From: Saccostrea echinata
Lineage: Eukaryota
DNA length: 64,000 nt
Direction: 5' to 3'
Assembly (NCBI RefSeq): GCF_033153115.1
Contig: NW_026889772.1
Span: 9,858,001 to 9,922,000 of the forward strand
Positions 64,000 through 64,000 of the stretch are shown here, piece by piece (positions within the stretch are counted from its first letter, which is position 1; each line of letters starts with the position of its first letter). The translations under genes and the position numbers were made by a program. The notes beneath the pieces are model-generated. The model ran no database searches. It saw only the letters and a list, made by a program, of their open reading frames with translations, and was not told the DNA's origin.

Positions 64000-64000
64000 C

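Overview
AT-rich, intron-rich animal DNA. The repeat landscape (Helentron/HINE-type elements carrying ~150-167 bp satellite arrays, many MITEs) suggests a bivalve such as an oyster; this is inference. I spliced five complete genes by hand with consistent GT-AG phases: MDH1B (+, 7 exons, 535 aa), CDV3 (-, 5 exons, 255 aa), PARK7/DJ-1 (-, 5 exons, 188 aa), NADP-isocitrate dehydrogenase IDH1 (+, 12 exons, 410 aa, head-to-head with PARK7) and MED25 (-, 19 exons, 750 aa). The window ends in the 3' half of a Ty3/Gypsy LTR retrotransposon inserted into a MITE. Four observations stand out. (1) The IDH1 stop is TGA-CTAG, and readthrough adds X-LDKDSSKL, a hidden peroxisomal PTS1. (2) An in-frame, mitochondrial-presequence-like 45-codon leader, broken by one TAA, precedes the IDH1 ATG. 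(3) Three unrelated minisatellite arrays each begin at a 5' splice donor and repeat the exon end plus donor about 14-35 times. (4) TACATGTA is strongly over-represented, and inside repeats it replaces a plain TA, as expected for Tc1/mariner excision footprints.
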